This document shows, piece by piece, positions 48,293-62,329 of a DNA stretch of 64,000 nt. Positions within the stretch are counted from its first letter, which is position 1, and every line of letters begins with the position of its first letter. Made by a program: the position numbers and the translations under genes. The notes below the pieces were generated by a model, which had not been told where the DNA came from, did not search any database, and saw nothing but the letters and a program-made list of their open reading frames with translations. Origin of the DNA: Trichoplax adhaerens (Eukaryota; Animalia; Placozoa); contig NW_002060945.1 in NCBI RefSeq assembly GCF_000150275.1, positions 6,935,607 through 6,999,606 on the forward strand. Reading direction: 5' to 3'.

Positions 48293-51104
48293 ATGGATGC
48301 TAGTGAGAGCGGCGATATTCGCCAAGAAGCCTTGGCAATTATGAAAGAGATCGCTTTCTCTGTCAAGGATATTCATGCTGCAAAATCATTACCTTGGTTG
48401 TTCGAGATATGCTATATTAATGTCATCACTCAAGAGGGAAAGAATTATTGCATTGAAGTGACAGCATCAGGATGGAGGGTAAAATTATCTACACACAATC
48501 TTGCTAGTGACTAATTAAAATTACTAATTATTGAAACAATGGATAGTACAGAATGTAAAATCATCTTGATTAGCCTGTCTAACATTGCATTTCCTACGGG
48601 TAACTAGTAACTGTAAGCAGTCTAGACTTGTAGAGGAGGACTTTGTTTACTCGTATACTGTATTAAGTATGTCAAAATAAGGAAATACCTGTCAGCAAAA
48701 TAAATCATGAAGTTTTACAATTGAGGTAAAATTGCTCACATAAAACACTAACTAAATAGAGTATATCGCTTAGATCACAATCTTACGATGTAAAGCTATC
48801 TTGATTAATTTGGCTAACATCGCTTTTCCTACTGGTAACTATAAGCAGTCTAGATTTGTAAAGGGGGACTTTGTTTACTCGTATGCTGTATTACTGTAAG
48901 TTAATCTGTCAAAATTAGGAAATACCAGTCACCAAAATAAATCATTAAGTTTTACAATTGAGGTAAAATTGCTCTTATAAAACACTAACTAAATAGAGTA
49001 GATCACTTAGTTCACAATCTTACGATGTAAAGCTATCTTGAGTAACTTGGCTAATATTGCATTTCTTACTGGTGACTACAGTATAAGCAGTTTAGACTTG
49101 TATAGGTTAATGTTACAGTAACTTTGTTTACTCGTATACTGCATTAAGGCTGTCAAAATTAGGAAATGCCAACCACTAGAATTGACACTGAATTGAGATA
49201 AAAATAGCTCACGAAAAACGCCAACTAAATACAGATAACATTCAAATTACAATCTGACGATATGAAATTCTTGATAAGGCTATGCTTCCGGATATTATTC
49301 AATTAAATTTTGAACCCCAATAATGCAGTCAGTTCACAATACGCGTATACTAAGATATTAAGTGAAATCAACTGTAATCAAACTAAATGTGAAAGCTACA
49401 TTATTGATTAAAATACAGAATCTTGAAAGAAAATTTTTAAAATTAACTGTCATTAAACCTCTGATTATAATTAATTATATATAATTAACAATTGAATTAT
49501 TTTTTACTGGAACGCACTAATTTACTGGTTGCCATTTTTACCTGTACCAATATTACCGTTCGCTCTAGATCGATTGATTTCAATAATAATCCGCATTGCG
49601 CTATTTAAAATATTCCATTTTTTTATCTATGCGTTTGGTAAGACAGTAGACTGTTGCTATTCAGTTAATGCATTGCACTGCTGTACTAATTAAAATAATT
49701 GATGTTTCTCCTAACTAATATTGTACAAAATGGGATTGCCAATCCAGCAGATGCTTGGTGTTGCTGTAACAGCCAATCAGTTAATATATTACACTTTTTA
49801 AAATACAAATAGTTCACTCAAAATTAATACAAGTCCACCAGACACTTGCTTTTGTTTGAAATAGCAATCGCTTAATGTATTGCACGACAAAAAATACTTC
49901 ACATTTCACCGACAGTTATTACAAATCTAGTAGATAACTGATATCGGTTTAAATACCAATCAGTTAGTGCATTGCACTATTTTTAAATCACTTCGTAATT
50001 CATCTAAAGCTATTCAGTAGATCTTTTATCACGAAGGAGATATTATAAAGTAATTGTATTTTTCCTCCGTGGATCTAGCACATCTACCAAGTAAAACCAT
50101 GCTTCTAATGTTCGTTTCTGGATTGATATTATTACTACTACCCTACCTTTTATCCTATACACAACTTTCTGATCAATACGTACAATTTTACGTTAATTAT
50201 TATAGCTCAATTCAACACCACTCAACTACTCGTTATTTATGAGTAATCCCTTATGTAGTATACTTCTATCATTTAATTAATTTACAAATTATACGCTATG
50301 AGTCTGATATCGTCACGGCTTGATATTGGCTTCAATACCAAATCAGTTAATACCTTGTACTATTTTAAATGACTATTCGTTATTAGTTTGTTGCCATCAC
50401 AGCTTCGTATTGGCTGAAATGCCAATCAGTTAATGCCTTGTGCTACTTTAAATGACTCCGTGTTTCACCTACAAATCCAGCAAATACATTATTGCAAAGA
50501 GTCCTAATAGCATATGTAAAATTATCTATGCTATAATACGCCAAATATATCATACGACGTTCGCAGTGGGTAACTAGAGCTAGTAGCATTGTGCTATTTA
50601 GAATGCTTTGTATTTTACACAGTGACTACTGTATAAATGTGGTAGATTCTCGGTCTCCGAATATTCCTGACGTTTCCTAACGTTGGAGAGTTATGTACAA
50701 TGCGTTATTCTATCATACATTATTGTACTACACGATCAAGATAGCTTTTGCTGGTATACAGGGAGATCGTATAGCTACACTATTTAGTAAAGCAATCAGT
50801 CGATACTATCACAATCAGATTGCTAACCTTGCAACTATATCAATTTTTAAAACGTTATTGTGGCTTATACCTGAATTTATAACTTAATGAGAAGATCCAA
50901 GATACCATGAATAATGTAATTTTATATATTTTTGCTCTTAAGATTGTTGGATACGAAAATAATAAAATTGATGCAGACAATCCATCTGACTATTACGAAA
51001 CATTATACTCTCTGTTGGATAATTACAGCCCGTTATATCGAGAAAGCTTTGGTCAGGCAGTCATCGCGAAATTGAATAAATTTAAAGAAACAGATCCACA
51101 ATAA
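48293..51104 (+). CDS. GSKIP: GSK3B-interacting protein (DUF727), 2 coding exons, 115 aa
   Basis: Exon 48293-48478 reads MDASESGDIRQEALAIMKEIAFSVKDI...YINVITQEGKNYCIEVTASGWR. Exon 50943-51104 reads IVGY...YYETLYSLLDNYSPLYRESFGQAVIAKL. Phase-0 GT-AG intron. Confidence 0.95.
48560..49265. repeat. Tandem repeat, 3 x about 236 bp, in the GSKIP intron
   Basis: TCTTGA.TA....GCTAA.AT.GC.TTTC.TAC.GG...TAAGCAGT.TAGA.TTGTA...ACTTTGTTTACTCGTAT...TGTCAAAAT.AGGAAAT.CC recurs at about 48564, 48798 and 49036. Confidence 0.92.
49650..50610. repeat. Dispersed about 40-bp motif (CCAATCAGTTAAT.CATTG..CT) repeated 5-6 times with variable spacers in the GSKIP intron
   Basis: Copies near 49659, 49773, 49956, 50338 and 50422, plus a weak copy near 50580. 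Confidence 0.7.
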
Positions 51105-52323
51105 TATAACGCAAACACATTATACTGCTACCACGGCTAGTATAAAGGATATCAATCAATAGTAATAATAATCCACCCCAAATTTTTGTCCGTTTTTATG
51201 CGTGTACTGGCTATACTCTATTCGATGTCAAGATTAACTAAGGATAGTATGAAAGGAACTTGTAATCTAATTTGAAAATAATATCTGTATGTTTACCTGC
51301 AATATACTGTATGAGTATAAATAAATTAAATCATAAATTCAACCTTCTATAGCATTTTATCTGCATGTAAATTTACTCATAAATTTTACCTTTACAATAA
51401 ACTAATTGCCTAGGTATTAAACCGTCTAATTTCATAATGCCTCAAGTACTCAAACTTTCATTTCGAAAATATTGCACAATATGATAACCACTAGCTTTAA
51501 TAAATTTATCCAGCACTCTACTGCCCATAAATGCGCGAGTTGTATCCTGATTTTTAATAACGTCACTTTATGAACCATAGATCCGATTTGAAGTATTCTT
51601 TTTAATAACCGTTAGATAAGTAACATCAACAAGTTTTTACTTATAGAGTTTATCACTAAACGAAGTAAATGTAGTTCACTATTGATACACAGATGTAAGA
51701 ATATGAAGTAGCTTATTGTTAAACATTTCACAATTGACAGCAATAAATTGAAAGAGCTATAGTACTTACAACTTTTTTAAATTTCAGATTACCAAATGAA
51801 GGTGTTAGTAAGATACACGAATAAAACTATAATTGATTAATCTACCCGGTATATATATATATATCATATATATATATATTTTTAATTACATGAGCACAGG
51901 ATTTAGTATCTTTCACGCTTACTGCCATAGCTTGTATACATTAATTTATATAGTTGACAGTACTGTAGTTTCTACTATGTCTAGTATTTAATATTGGCGA
52001 AGCAATTACCGTTTGACCACGGTAATCTTACATTTAATAAATATACAATGAAAATACTATGATATTTTCTGTATCTATTTAAGGGGAAAATAAATCATGT
52101 AGTACGAATGTAGGCTACGCTACATGGATTAAATTATAGTTTATGGTTAAATTGATATACTAGCAACAAAAATTTGCTGATCAACTTCTAATATTGGACA
52201 TGATTTGCATTAAGAATGAAAGATATATCTAATTTCGGTGTGACTACTAAATAAGAATGTAAAGATACATTTTAATGTGGAAGATACGTTTAATAAAAAT
52301 AATGTGTTATTTCACAAAGACCC

Positions 52324-55300
52324 TTAAAGTCTATCTAAATGTATCAAACATCTCAGAAAATCTTCATATGATATGTTGCCAGAAATATCACTATCGAAAT
52401 ACGTCAAAAGATGATAAAATTGATCATCTTGCAGAGTAACACCGCAATCTTCAAGAAGGCTTTTCAGGACTAAAACATCTACTTTTCCACTGCCTGATTC
52501 GTCCATCTTCTTCAATAACCGTCTTATTGGTTTCCATTGAGGCATAATCTATTAATTAATAGCAACGGTAGATCAGTTTAGATCCTTTTGATATAGTACT
52601 GTACTTGTTAAAAGTAGTTAATGTACGTATAACCATTTAGAACTTGACGATGCAATATATCTGTCTCAATTCTATTAACGCTAGTCTCTGCTTAGTAAAT
52701 TTTCGATAAGTTACCTTTCTCTGTATTTTGATTAGTATTGCTCGGGCATCGTTATCAAATTGAAAAGATGAACTCGGCAAAGGAGTTTCATAACGAGGTC
52801 CAACTATACGACCAGGAATAGGTGTTGTTTGAGCATTAGTTTCCTTAATTTTCAGACGATTTAATGCAATATCGTTTAGCAGAACGCTATAATCGATCCT
52901 AAAAATATTATCGTAAGCAAAAAATAGTATCAGATAGATACCATACGTATACGATTATGTTAATTTCACAATGGACCACTTATGTTATGTGTCTGTTAGC
53001 AATACCTATATATTTTAATACCTACCCTAAGCCATTTTTGTGTCGATACAACTCATTTATAGCCTCCCACTGTTCATCAGTAAGGTCGACAGAAGCATAT
53101 TCCATAAAAATTTTCTATTTTCATATAAGAAATTTTATTAGACAATAAATTTCATTCGTTATTCGATTTAGAAACAAAATTAGCTACAATTACATCCTTC
53201 TTAAACAAGCTATATAGATCCTCTAAGGCATATGCAATGGATAATGATCGTATCTTTACCTTTACAGCAGAGAGAGGGATTGCTTGAGTTCGTGATAAAT
53301 CGATATCTCCAAATGTTTTCCTAATTTCATTGAATTTATGGCCACTCTAGTAGTTTGAGTGTAAAAGAGTTAAACAGTGAATTAACGAACAAGAAATCCT
53401 CCAGATACTTAATTAATAAGAAATTCATACTAACCTTAGACGTAATTATTTTGATAGCTTTTTCTTGAATCTTATGAAGTTTGTGCTCCGTTTTTTTCTG
53501 CTTTATAAGGATTTTTACATCGCTTGTCATTTTGCTATCTTTGCCGCGTAAATGTTGATCATCTAAATATTAATGGATAAATCATATATCATTACAAGTA
53601 ATCAGAATTATTATAAAACTACATTAATTTCTATCTAATATATAAATTAATCAAAATTATTAATCATTATATCTAACCTAGGAATTCCTGCGGCTTTAGT
53701 ATATGACTTTTGGTAAAATATTGATACAGATCAACAAATTTGATCTTCTTTACAGTTTTTCCGCGAATAGATCGGAAAAAGGTCAAGACTTCATCTGTTT
53801 CCAATGTTATTCCATACCTAAAAATGAAATTAAGATTGCACTATTACAGTACCGGGCTTCATCGGTCGTTAAGAAGTGAATAAATCATTCTTTTAAAATA
53901 GCTATAACAATCAGCCTTAAGACTTAATTAGGGTAATAATCTTCAATCTATTACTCGTACTTTGAAGCAAGGAGAATTAAATCGGCAGCAGAGACTTCTC
54001 CCGTTCGCTTCTTGTCAATTTTAAAAATAAATGACTAATTGGAGGACAAAAATGGGAAATTAATTCAGTTTTATCTCATTCAAAATACATATTCGTGGAA
54101 TCCACCAACCTTATTTGCAGTATGAAATCTTTTCGAAAATATCGGACGGATTTCGTTTTCAATCTGCGTAAACATCAAGGCATTTTATTACAGAATTCGA
54201 TTGGAAAAAAATTCTTGTCGTACGATATAAATATATATATTTTATAATTTTTCATGTATAGGATGATAGCTATTATTCAGCAATTATAACGTACACTAAC
54301 TAGTACTAAATTATACAGCAGCTTTACTGTAAAATAATATATTTATCATAACGACATTGGAATCCAAGATTTTGCACATTTTAGTTAATACTGTATATAG
54401 CATATATTAAGAATGTTAGTTTCGGATATCCAGCAGCTATAATACTTATTCTGCTTGTAGTATTTTATATTTTGGGGGAGGGGGCACTAGAATACATGAA
54501 ATGTGATATGAAGCTAATATGTAATATGCAAGCTGCATTTTACCTCCTTTAACGTTCTTCCGGCTGCAACTTCACTTTTGAATCGAACAACTTTAGTGTT
54601 CGAATTTGAAAGTGGCAACTCACTAGTTTTTTCTTTAGCATCATCAACTGCAGACTCTGGCAGATCAACACGATTGAAATCACTCCGATAACTGAATTTG
54701 TTGCTGCTTCCACTTTTTTCAAAAGATTTATATTCAATCGGAGTAGCAGTTATATCTTCGTTAGCCATAGTGATCGTTGCTGGAACAGAAGGCGCTTTTA
54801 TAGGTTCCTCTTTAACTTCCTGTGATTTTCCGCTTCGGTTTATTAGCCGCATCAAACTAGCAGATGAGCTATATTGAATGTAAAGACTATTTAATTCACT
54901 AATACCTTCAAGATACTCTTACTATAGGCAATTAAATCTTTATGTGCATACTATTGAGGGATTAATAAATAGCAACATTTAATAATAATTAATGTATAAA
55001 GTCAATTCTTACGCATCATCAAGCAGTGTAAGAAATCGCGGATAATCGATTCCTCGCAATTCTTCAATTTCAGTGGAATGCAGAAGTTCGTCAAATTCAG
55101 AATCAGTTAAGCTATTACTTAAAATTGATTCCAAGCACAAGCGAAAATCATATTTGTTGACTAAGCCACATTTTTCGGAATCGAATACCCTGTAGTAGAA
55201 TACAGCAGTTAATGTACCATCCATTAAAGAGCGATTAAATTAGTAAAGACAGAAATTTATATAGATATGAATCAAATATACATGTAATAACTATATATAA

Positions 55301-58300
55301 TCAAAGTACTTATTGATAATTTATACAGTGAGCGTATATCATTGAAATAATATGGATCAGCAATTCACACACCTAAACTTCTCCAATATTGAAATAAATT
55401 TTTTATGAAGAATTTGAGCAATTTTAGCTTCTGCCATCATTGAAGTATGTAAGTCGACATAATTCGATTTCACAGGAACAGGATCTGGTTGACTAAAACA
55501 AGGTAGGATGAATACATGAAATTATCAACCTATTTTATTATTTAAACATTGAATGTAGGATATCAGTAGATATGCTACTTTAGTATATCAAGATTGACCT
55601 ACGTTGTCATGATGGAATGTAAGATTCCATTAGTTTGACGACTAAGAAACTTCGTTACCAATTCAATATAAGAAAGAGCATTTTCCTCGCGATGACTGAT
55701 CCTATATTGCGCATCATAAGCACACAAAGAGACGAAAAAATTTTAGCCGATATTCCTATCATCCCTATATACTTGCATATTCTATTAGATAAATTATACG
55801 CTATATACAAAGTCATATACCAAGTGATACTATTTCTGGTATTCTATCACCAATTGTTTGATCGAATTATACCAATTATATAATCAATAAGTTAGTAAAA
55901 ATTTGTATTGTAATTTTCTTATACCTTTGCAAGAAATATTCCAAATCTATTGGAGATAGCTTAAGCTTGAAATAATTATTGATAATCGTACGAAAATTTT
56001 GCCTGGTTACCTAATTAAATTATTTAAATCAAATAAGACAATTTAAATTCATTATTATAAATATCAATTTATGCTGCCACTAGTTTTCAGATATAGGACT
56101 GTCACTAATCTTATCAAGGGTAGAAGCAACACCATCATATAAAATAACCAAAATACAACTACAATTTTACCTTTCCGATTTTATCATGATCATATTTTTG
56201 AAATTCCTGAATTAAGTCTTCAAATGGTTCTTCCAACTAGAGCATTTTATTAAAGTTGTTTTAAAATGACAAATGGAACTAAGAGTCTTTACCAAAATTG
56301 AATAACAAAATTTCTATTAAAGTTTAGATATTTATTCTCGTGATCTTCCTAAATATAATGGCATAGCTCACTGCTGCATAGCTTACGACCTTAAAAACTA
56401 ACGAATTTTGTAAATATCAATTCTAATTAATATTATTGTCTACGTTTACTAAATATAATTACTGTACCAAACTATTATATCAGTATAGCCAACTATTTGA
56501 TATTTAGGTTTATTTATGGTATACTCGCATGTAAAACTATAGTATTCAAGTTCTAAAGTTCCAAAGCTCATTAATATCCCTTATTTACTTCATGCATATT
56601 AAAACTCACGATATAGCTAAGTCTAATTGTTCACACAGCTTATAGAAAAATTATTTAAAACATGTTACCTTATGCACCAGGCGTTGTAAAGCAGCACAAA
56701 TTTTTTTAATTAGCTTTTGTGGTTGTTTTTTAGAGGCGTCTTGACCTGATGGTTTTTCATCACTTGACTGTCTTGATTTAGATCTAGCAGCAGTTATATC
56801 TAGTACGAACCAATCAAATAATTTATCGTGGAGGTAAAAGAAAAAGACAGCAACAATTCTCAGTATACTAAAGTATTTAGGTTGCATACCCAATATATTT
56901 TCTATTATTTTATAGAGAACTATAAGAATTAGCAGTAATAGAAATGGAATTTATTATACCTAACAGCTTATCATAATCAATGCCCAATCTACGAAACACT
57001 TTTCCTGTTTTCATACCACCAACACCATGGAGATCGCATCTATAGTAACATCGAATGAATTGATTATTAATAATATTCAGTACGTATTAACTTTCTTTAA
57101 ATATAGTAAATGGCTCTCGTTAAATACAGTTAATAAACGAGTTTTTGCCCATATTTAATGATAAAGGGATTACAGATACTGTAATATATACGTAAAATAA
57201 TAATCCGTAAGAATTTAAATCCAAGTAATAAAAGCAATGTTGTACTAATGCTATAAGGTAATCTTTTTTACCTGTCCCACAGCTTTTCAAATTCAAAATC
57301 GGTCATAGAAATCTTTAAATTTTCTAACATGATACGAAATTGTGGCTTTAATATCTGTCCATTTTCAACTAAACATTCCAGGGGTAAAATATCATATAAT
57401 GCCAATGTCCTAATACGGTATAAGAACAACAAGTAACATCTTTACGTACTCATCAGCGGATACTTCTAGTTGCGAAATTTTACTACATCATAGAGACTAC
57501 GTGCAATTTTATAAATAATGCATTAGATTTATAAATTATAATTAAGCTTACCCATCTAATGCTCTATTGCGTAAATGCGCTTGAACTTGAGTTGCTGTCC
57601 ACTCTACTGGTGCTAATTCAGGTTTATTATTTAACCTCTGTACAGGATCTACCCAAGCTACATGGTTGCTAGACTATCATTTAAACATTGTTAAAAACAA
57701 CGAATTTCAAACAAGCAGTCAACACTGTTAACATTATTATAAGCTACCTACGTGCAAAATTAACCCTACAGTTATTAAGTTCTGAAATTATTACTACTTT
57801 ATTAATGATAATAAAATTTGTAAGCTAACCTCAGTGTCTTTAATAGCGGCGATAAACTCATCAAACGAAATAGCCTTTTTCTTAGATAAATTCAGACTAA
57901 TAGCAGAATAGTTTAATATCAAATAAGTTGATGGACGTAAAATAAGCTTTTACAAATAATAGAAGAAAGCTTAATAATCGAAGCGTAAAATTACTAGATT
58001 TATATAATAAAAATTAAATTCTGTATAACTGTAAGCTTATACTATTTTCTCAATACGATATAAATTGTTATTTTGAACATATTAACTAACTATAAATAAT
58101 AATTTTTATGGCATACTACCCTAAAATTTAGGTAGAATATACTGTACAGTATAATATTGACATTCATGAATACCTCTTAAGTAGTGAAGCAATTTGTCCT
58201 GGAAATAAATATCCACACAAGTGATATATAATTCTTCCCATAGCCTCTCTATAGAAACAATTGTAATATCTGTTACGATTACACGTACAGGTATACATAT

Positions 58301-59843
58301 ACATTTATAGCGGGCTAATATATGAAAAAATATAAAAAAAATCTAATCTGCTTAATTAAATCTGAATTAATGATATTATAAATAAATAGCGAATAATATT
58401 TATTAATTTACCTAGGAGCGTTTCCTTTTCCATAAGGATCTGACGCTTTAAATGCTTGTTTGATACCGTGAAAACTCGTCGGTATTTTCTCTCGTATTAG
58501 TTGTATTAACTAAAAATAGAGTAAAATATTTCAGAAAAGGGTTAGAACATATAATTTTTAAATAATCAGAAAGTTAATGATAAATATTAGTTGCTTAGAG
58601 CTAGGATTAACGTCAACTGACAAACCTCAGGAGCATTCATCTTGTGTCTTGGAACATTATCAAGTATAGAGCCTAAATTAACAATTAGAGGAGCTTATTT
58701 ATTAGGCAACTCAAATACTTTTTTACAATATTACAGATAGTAAATAGGGTAGCTTTGCTATGACAAATATATTATACTCTATCTCCAACAAATTTTTAAT
58801 GCGAGTATTATACATTCTGCCCAAATAATTTAGTTAATATCTCAAAATGGATATTGAAAGAGTATAAATCTATAAACATATTGCATAACATATTCAATTA
58901 ATTCAATTAATTAAAATATATTCTTAGTGATCTCAAACTATAAAATTTCAATCGTGTATAACATATAAACTATGTAAAAATAATTAAATGTAATTTAGAA
59001 TAACAGATTCGATTACAGAGATTAAATAAGGGTGTCTAAAATACGCTTTAGCTTTAATTTGGACATTTCCTTATTTACTTAAATTGTAAAGATTAAATTT
59101 AATAACTTGCCTAACAAGAAATTTCATTAGCTATTTAAAGAATTACTGTTATCGTTATCATAGAATCCTATTTATATTAAGCTACATTACAGCACGGTAA
59201 TTTATTTAAAACACAACATAGGCCCCAATTTTCTTATTAAATTTAATGGATCTTTCTGATCATTAACTCATAATTACAATATTGATCTTGATAAAATAGT
59301 CAAATTTAGAAAGCGATAACAGTGTTACTACAATAAGGAGCATACACATTCGCGTACGTGTATCTTTTTTATCGATAGCAAATTCATAAAAATTACTCAA
59401 TTTAATTTTAAATTATTATAAGCAACTAGAAAAAAGATTCCTTACTCCAGATGTGGTAATCTTTCTGGATATGATCTATAAGTATCTCCTTAAAGTATCT
59501 AACCTGGCCATGTCGAAAGTCGTTGATGTTTCCGGCTCGGAAGATTTTGATTATTTTCTGTTCTTAACGGAGGTAGATCGTTTTCTTCCGATACATTATG
59601 ATTTTGATTATTTATATCATCATCGAATTTAACGTGAATGGATTTACTTAGATTTTGGTTGGTTGATCGATCATACTGATGACTTGTTGGTCGTGAACTA
59701 TTATAGTTAGCTGATGCACCTCGTATTTTTAATTCTGATTTATTTCCAAGTCGCGTTAATGGATGTTCAATCACTGGTAATTGTGGGCCATAGCGATTTC
59801 TTTCGCCTCTTGCTGAGGTAATTGAATTAACAGTGGTTGCCAT
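52324..59843 (-). CDS. EFCAB6: EF-hand calcium-binding domain protein 6-like (multi EF-hand, motile-cilium associated), more than 20 exons
   Basis: N-terminus LPVIEHPLTRLG...IRG is typical of invertebrate EFCAB6-like proteins. Repeated degenerate EF-hand pairs: IKQAFKASDPYGKG, ISFDEFI, FEKLWDRCDLHGVG, FKKYDHDKIGKVTRQNFR, VFDSEKCGLVNKYDFR, KMDESGSGKVD, YFDSDISGNISYEDFL. Exon phases were checked for the first eight exons and several later ones. Confidence 0.82.
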
Positions 59844-59938
59844 TACTTCTTTTTCCCAAAATGGCTAATCCTAATTTATATCTTTCCCCCTTCCTCAACT
59901 GCAATTGTATATAATAATCGTGTCAAGTTAGAGAGAAT

Positions 59939-59952
59939 GTTTCCATGACGAC
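59939..59952. promoter_or_regulatory. RFX X-box about 95 bp upstream of the EFCAB6 start codon
   Basis: GTTTCCATGACGAC (reverse complement GTCGTCATGGAAAC) fits the imperfect palindrome GTNNCCATGRNRAC. Position and target gene class (ciliary) fit. Confidence 0.6.
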
Positions 59953-60499
59953 CAGCGTCTTCTTGAAGATACTCTATCCTTGACCTAATAGACATAATAC
60001 AGTATCCATAGTCTTGCTTGTTCCCTCCTAGTGCAACAGTCAATAGAGTTTACTTTTTAATTATCTTTAGTTACCGCATAGCAATAAAATTGGTCAACAT
60101 TAATGCATATTGATTCAATATCGACCACAATCTATCGCTAATGTAATATATAGTAATACTAGATACACTTACAAGTATTACAACAATATCTTTAAGATTA
60201 AACTTCATTTACATAATAATTACTCAAGTTATTGTCGTTATAATAGATTAATGAATGCAATAAGGGTTCCTTTTATTCAATTTTTCATAGGGTAGTTTAA
60301 CTTAGTTTGGTCAACAATTGCTGTAGTGCTACTATAGCAATCGTTGATGTTTTCAGTATTATCGAGTTGGGTTTATTAACCATATTCTGTTTGTATTGAT
60401 TTAATAAAGTAATTTCTATAACAGTGGAATGGATTTTATTCAACTAAAAACGTAATTACCATAAGTAAACAAGATACAATCCACGACTGTCATTCATTA

Positions 60500-61725
60500 G
60501 CAAACAGGAGAGGCATGGTATATATCAAAATGACCAGAATTCTAACACTATTGATTTGAATGAGAGTGTTATACTCTATAAAGTAATATCTATCCAGTAA
60601 AACAAATTTCTATTATCAAAAAATGTTTAAGGAGCTGCAAATCAGACAGCAATATACGGATACTTCTAAGTCTTAGCCAGCCCATTCTAGATTAGAAAGT
60701 ATGTCATAATAGTTTTTTTGTAATTCTAGGTAAAGATAAATAGGAGAGGACTGGTATCAAAATGACCAAAATTCTAACAATATTGGTTTCAATGAGTATT
60801 TTTCTCTATATAGTAATATCTGTGTAGTAAAACGAATGTCTATTATAGAAAAATGCTGCCCAAACACTCATATGCCCAAGGAACTACGTATCAGACCGTA
60901 ATAAATGGATACTCGTGAGAATCGGCCAGCCCTATTCTAAATTATAAAGTATTCACAATTGTATTTTTATAATTCTCAGTAAAGATAAACAGAAAAGGAC
61001 TGGTATGTATCGAACCAGAATTCTAACAATATTGGCTTGAATGAGAGTGATTTGCTCTGTATAGTAATATCTATCCAGTAAAGCGAACTTCTTTTATGGA
61101 GAAATGCTTTCCAATTACTTTTATGCTAAAAGAAACATGAATCAGGCCGCAATTAATGGATGCTTCTGAGTATCAGCCAGTCCTATTCTAAATTATAAAG
61201 TATTCACAAATGTGTTTTTGTAAATCTAAGTAAAGATAAATAGGACTGGTATATAGTAGCAAACCAGAATCCTAACGATATTGGTTTGAATGAGAGTACT
61301 TTGCTCTATACAGTAACATCTGTCCAGTAAAGCAGACTTCTTGTATGGAGAAATGCTTTCCAATTACTTTTATGCTAAAGGAAGCATAAATCAGGCCGCA
61401 ATTAACGGATACGTCTACAGTATCAGCCAGTCCCATTCTAAGTTATAAAGTATTCACAATTGTGTTTTTGTAATTAAAAATAAATAGAACTGGTATATAG
61501 TAGCAAACCAGAATTCTAACAAAATTGGTTTGAATGAGATGTATTTTGTTATATACAGTAACATCTGTTCAATAAAGCGGGTTTCTTTTATAAAGAAATG
61601 CTTTCCAATTACTTTTATGCTCAAGGAAACATGAATCAGAACACATTTAATGGATACTTCTGTGTATCAGCCAGCCCCATCCTAAGTTATAAATTATTCA
61701 CGGTCATGTTTTTGTAATTCTAGAA
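60500..61725. repeat. Degenerate tandem array, 5 x about 240-250 bp
   Basis: Unit (GGACTGGTAT...ACCAGAATTCTAAC.ATATTGGTTTGAATGAG...AGTAA.ATCT..CCAGTAAA...AAATGCTTTCCAATTACTTTTATGCT...ATCAG.CCG...GGATAC...CAGCCAG.CC.ATTCTAA.TTATAAAGTATTCAC...TTTTTGTAATT) starts near 60507, 60743, 60993, 61242 and 61487. Confidence 0.93.
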
Positions 61726-62329
61726 AAAAATATTGCTAAAATAGTGATTCTGCCACAGAATTAGGAAGTAAAGTCGCAGATAGAAGTGCTAGCGGATTAC
61801 AGCTTCAAAGCTAATCGTGATACCTCTAATGCTAGTGCCAAGACGGTCTAATAGATCACAGCTAGCACTATGATTTTACTTTCTTTCCAGTTTCCATTAT
61901 TTCTGAAATACTATCGTGCTGTTAAGGATTAATCATTCTCTATTCTTTTATTTTAGAAATAAAAATTACTGAATCTAATGAGACCACTACTAGTACAACC
62001 AAGGGAAACTATCAATATGTGGCTAAAACAGATGCTAAAATAGTGAGACAAGCAGAAACACGACTACGGGAAGTCTCCGATTGTTGTAGATCAACAATTT
62101 CATAAGTGGCAGCGTTCGGTGGTAGTTTTGCGATATCCTTTAGTCCTCAGCGCCATAATAGTGCAATAAATCAGTCGTAGACACATTACGGTTTTGTTAC
62201 CTTCCTAGTAGATATGACTATATTAAATGCTATACTATTTTACTGTTAGGCAACATTTGGTAAATAAAATATTAATAAATTAGTGAGATCAATAGTTGAC
62301 AGTTGACAGTCTATCGTTGATTTAATTAA

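Noticed and set aside
49650-50610. CRISPR-like repeat-spacer appearance
   Set aside because: Eukaryotic intron, degenerate repeats, spacers of very unequal length (tens to hundreds of bp), no cas genes.
61310-61345. Minus-strand LLYWTDV (YWTD propeller-like) in the 245-bp array
   Set aside because: Flanked by stops, mutated to a stop in another copy, and no 40-45 aa YWTD periodicity.
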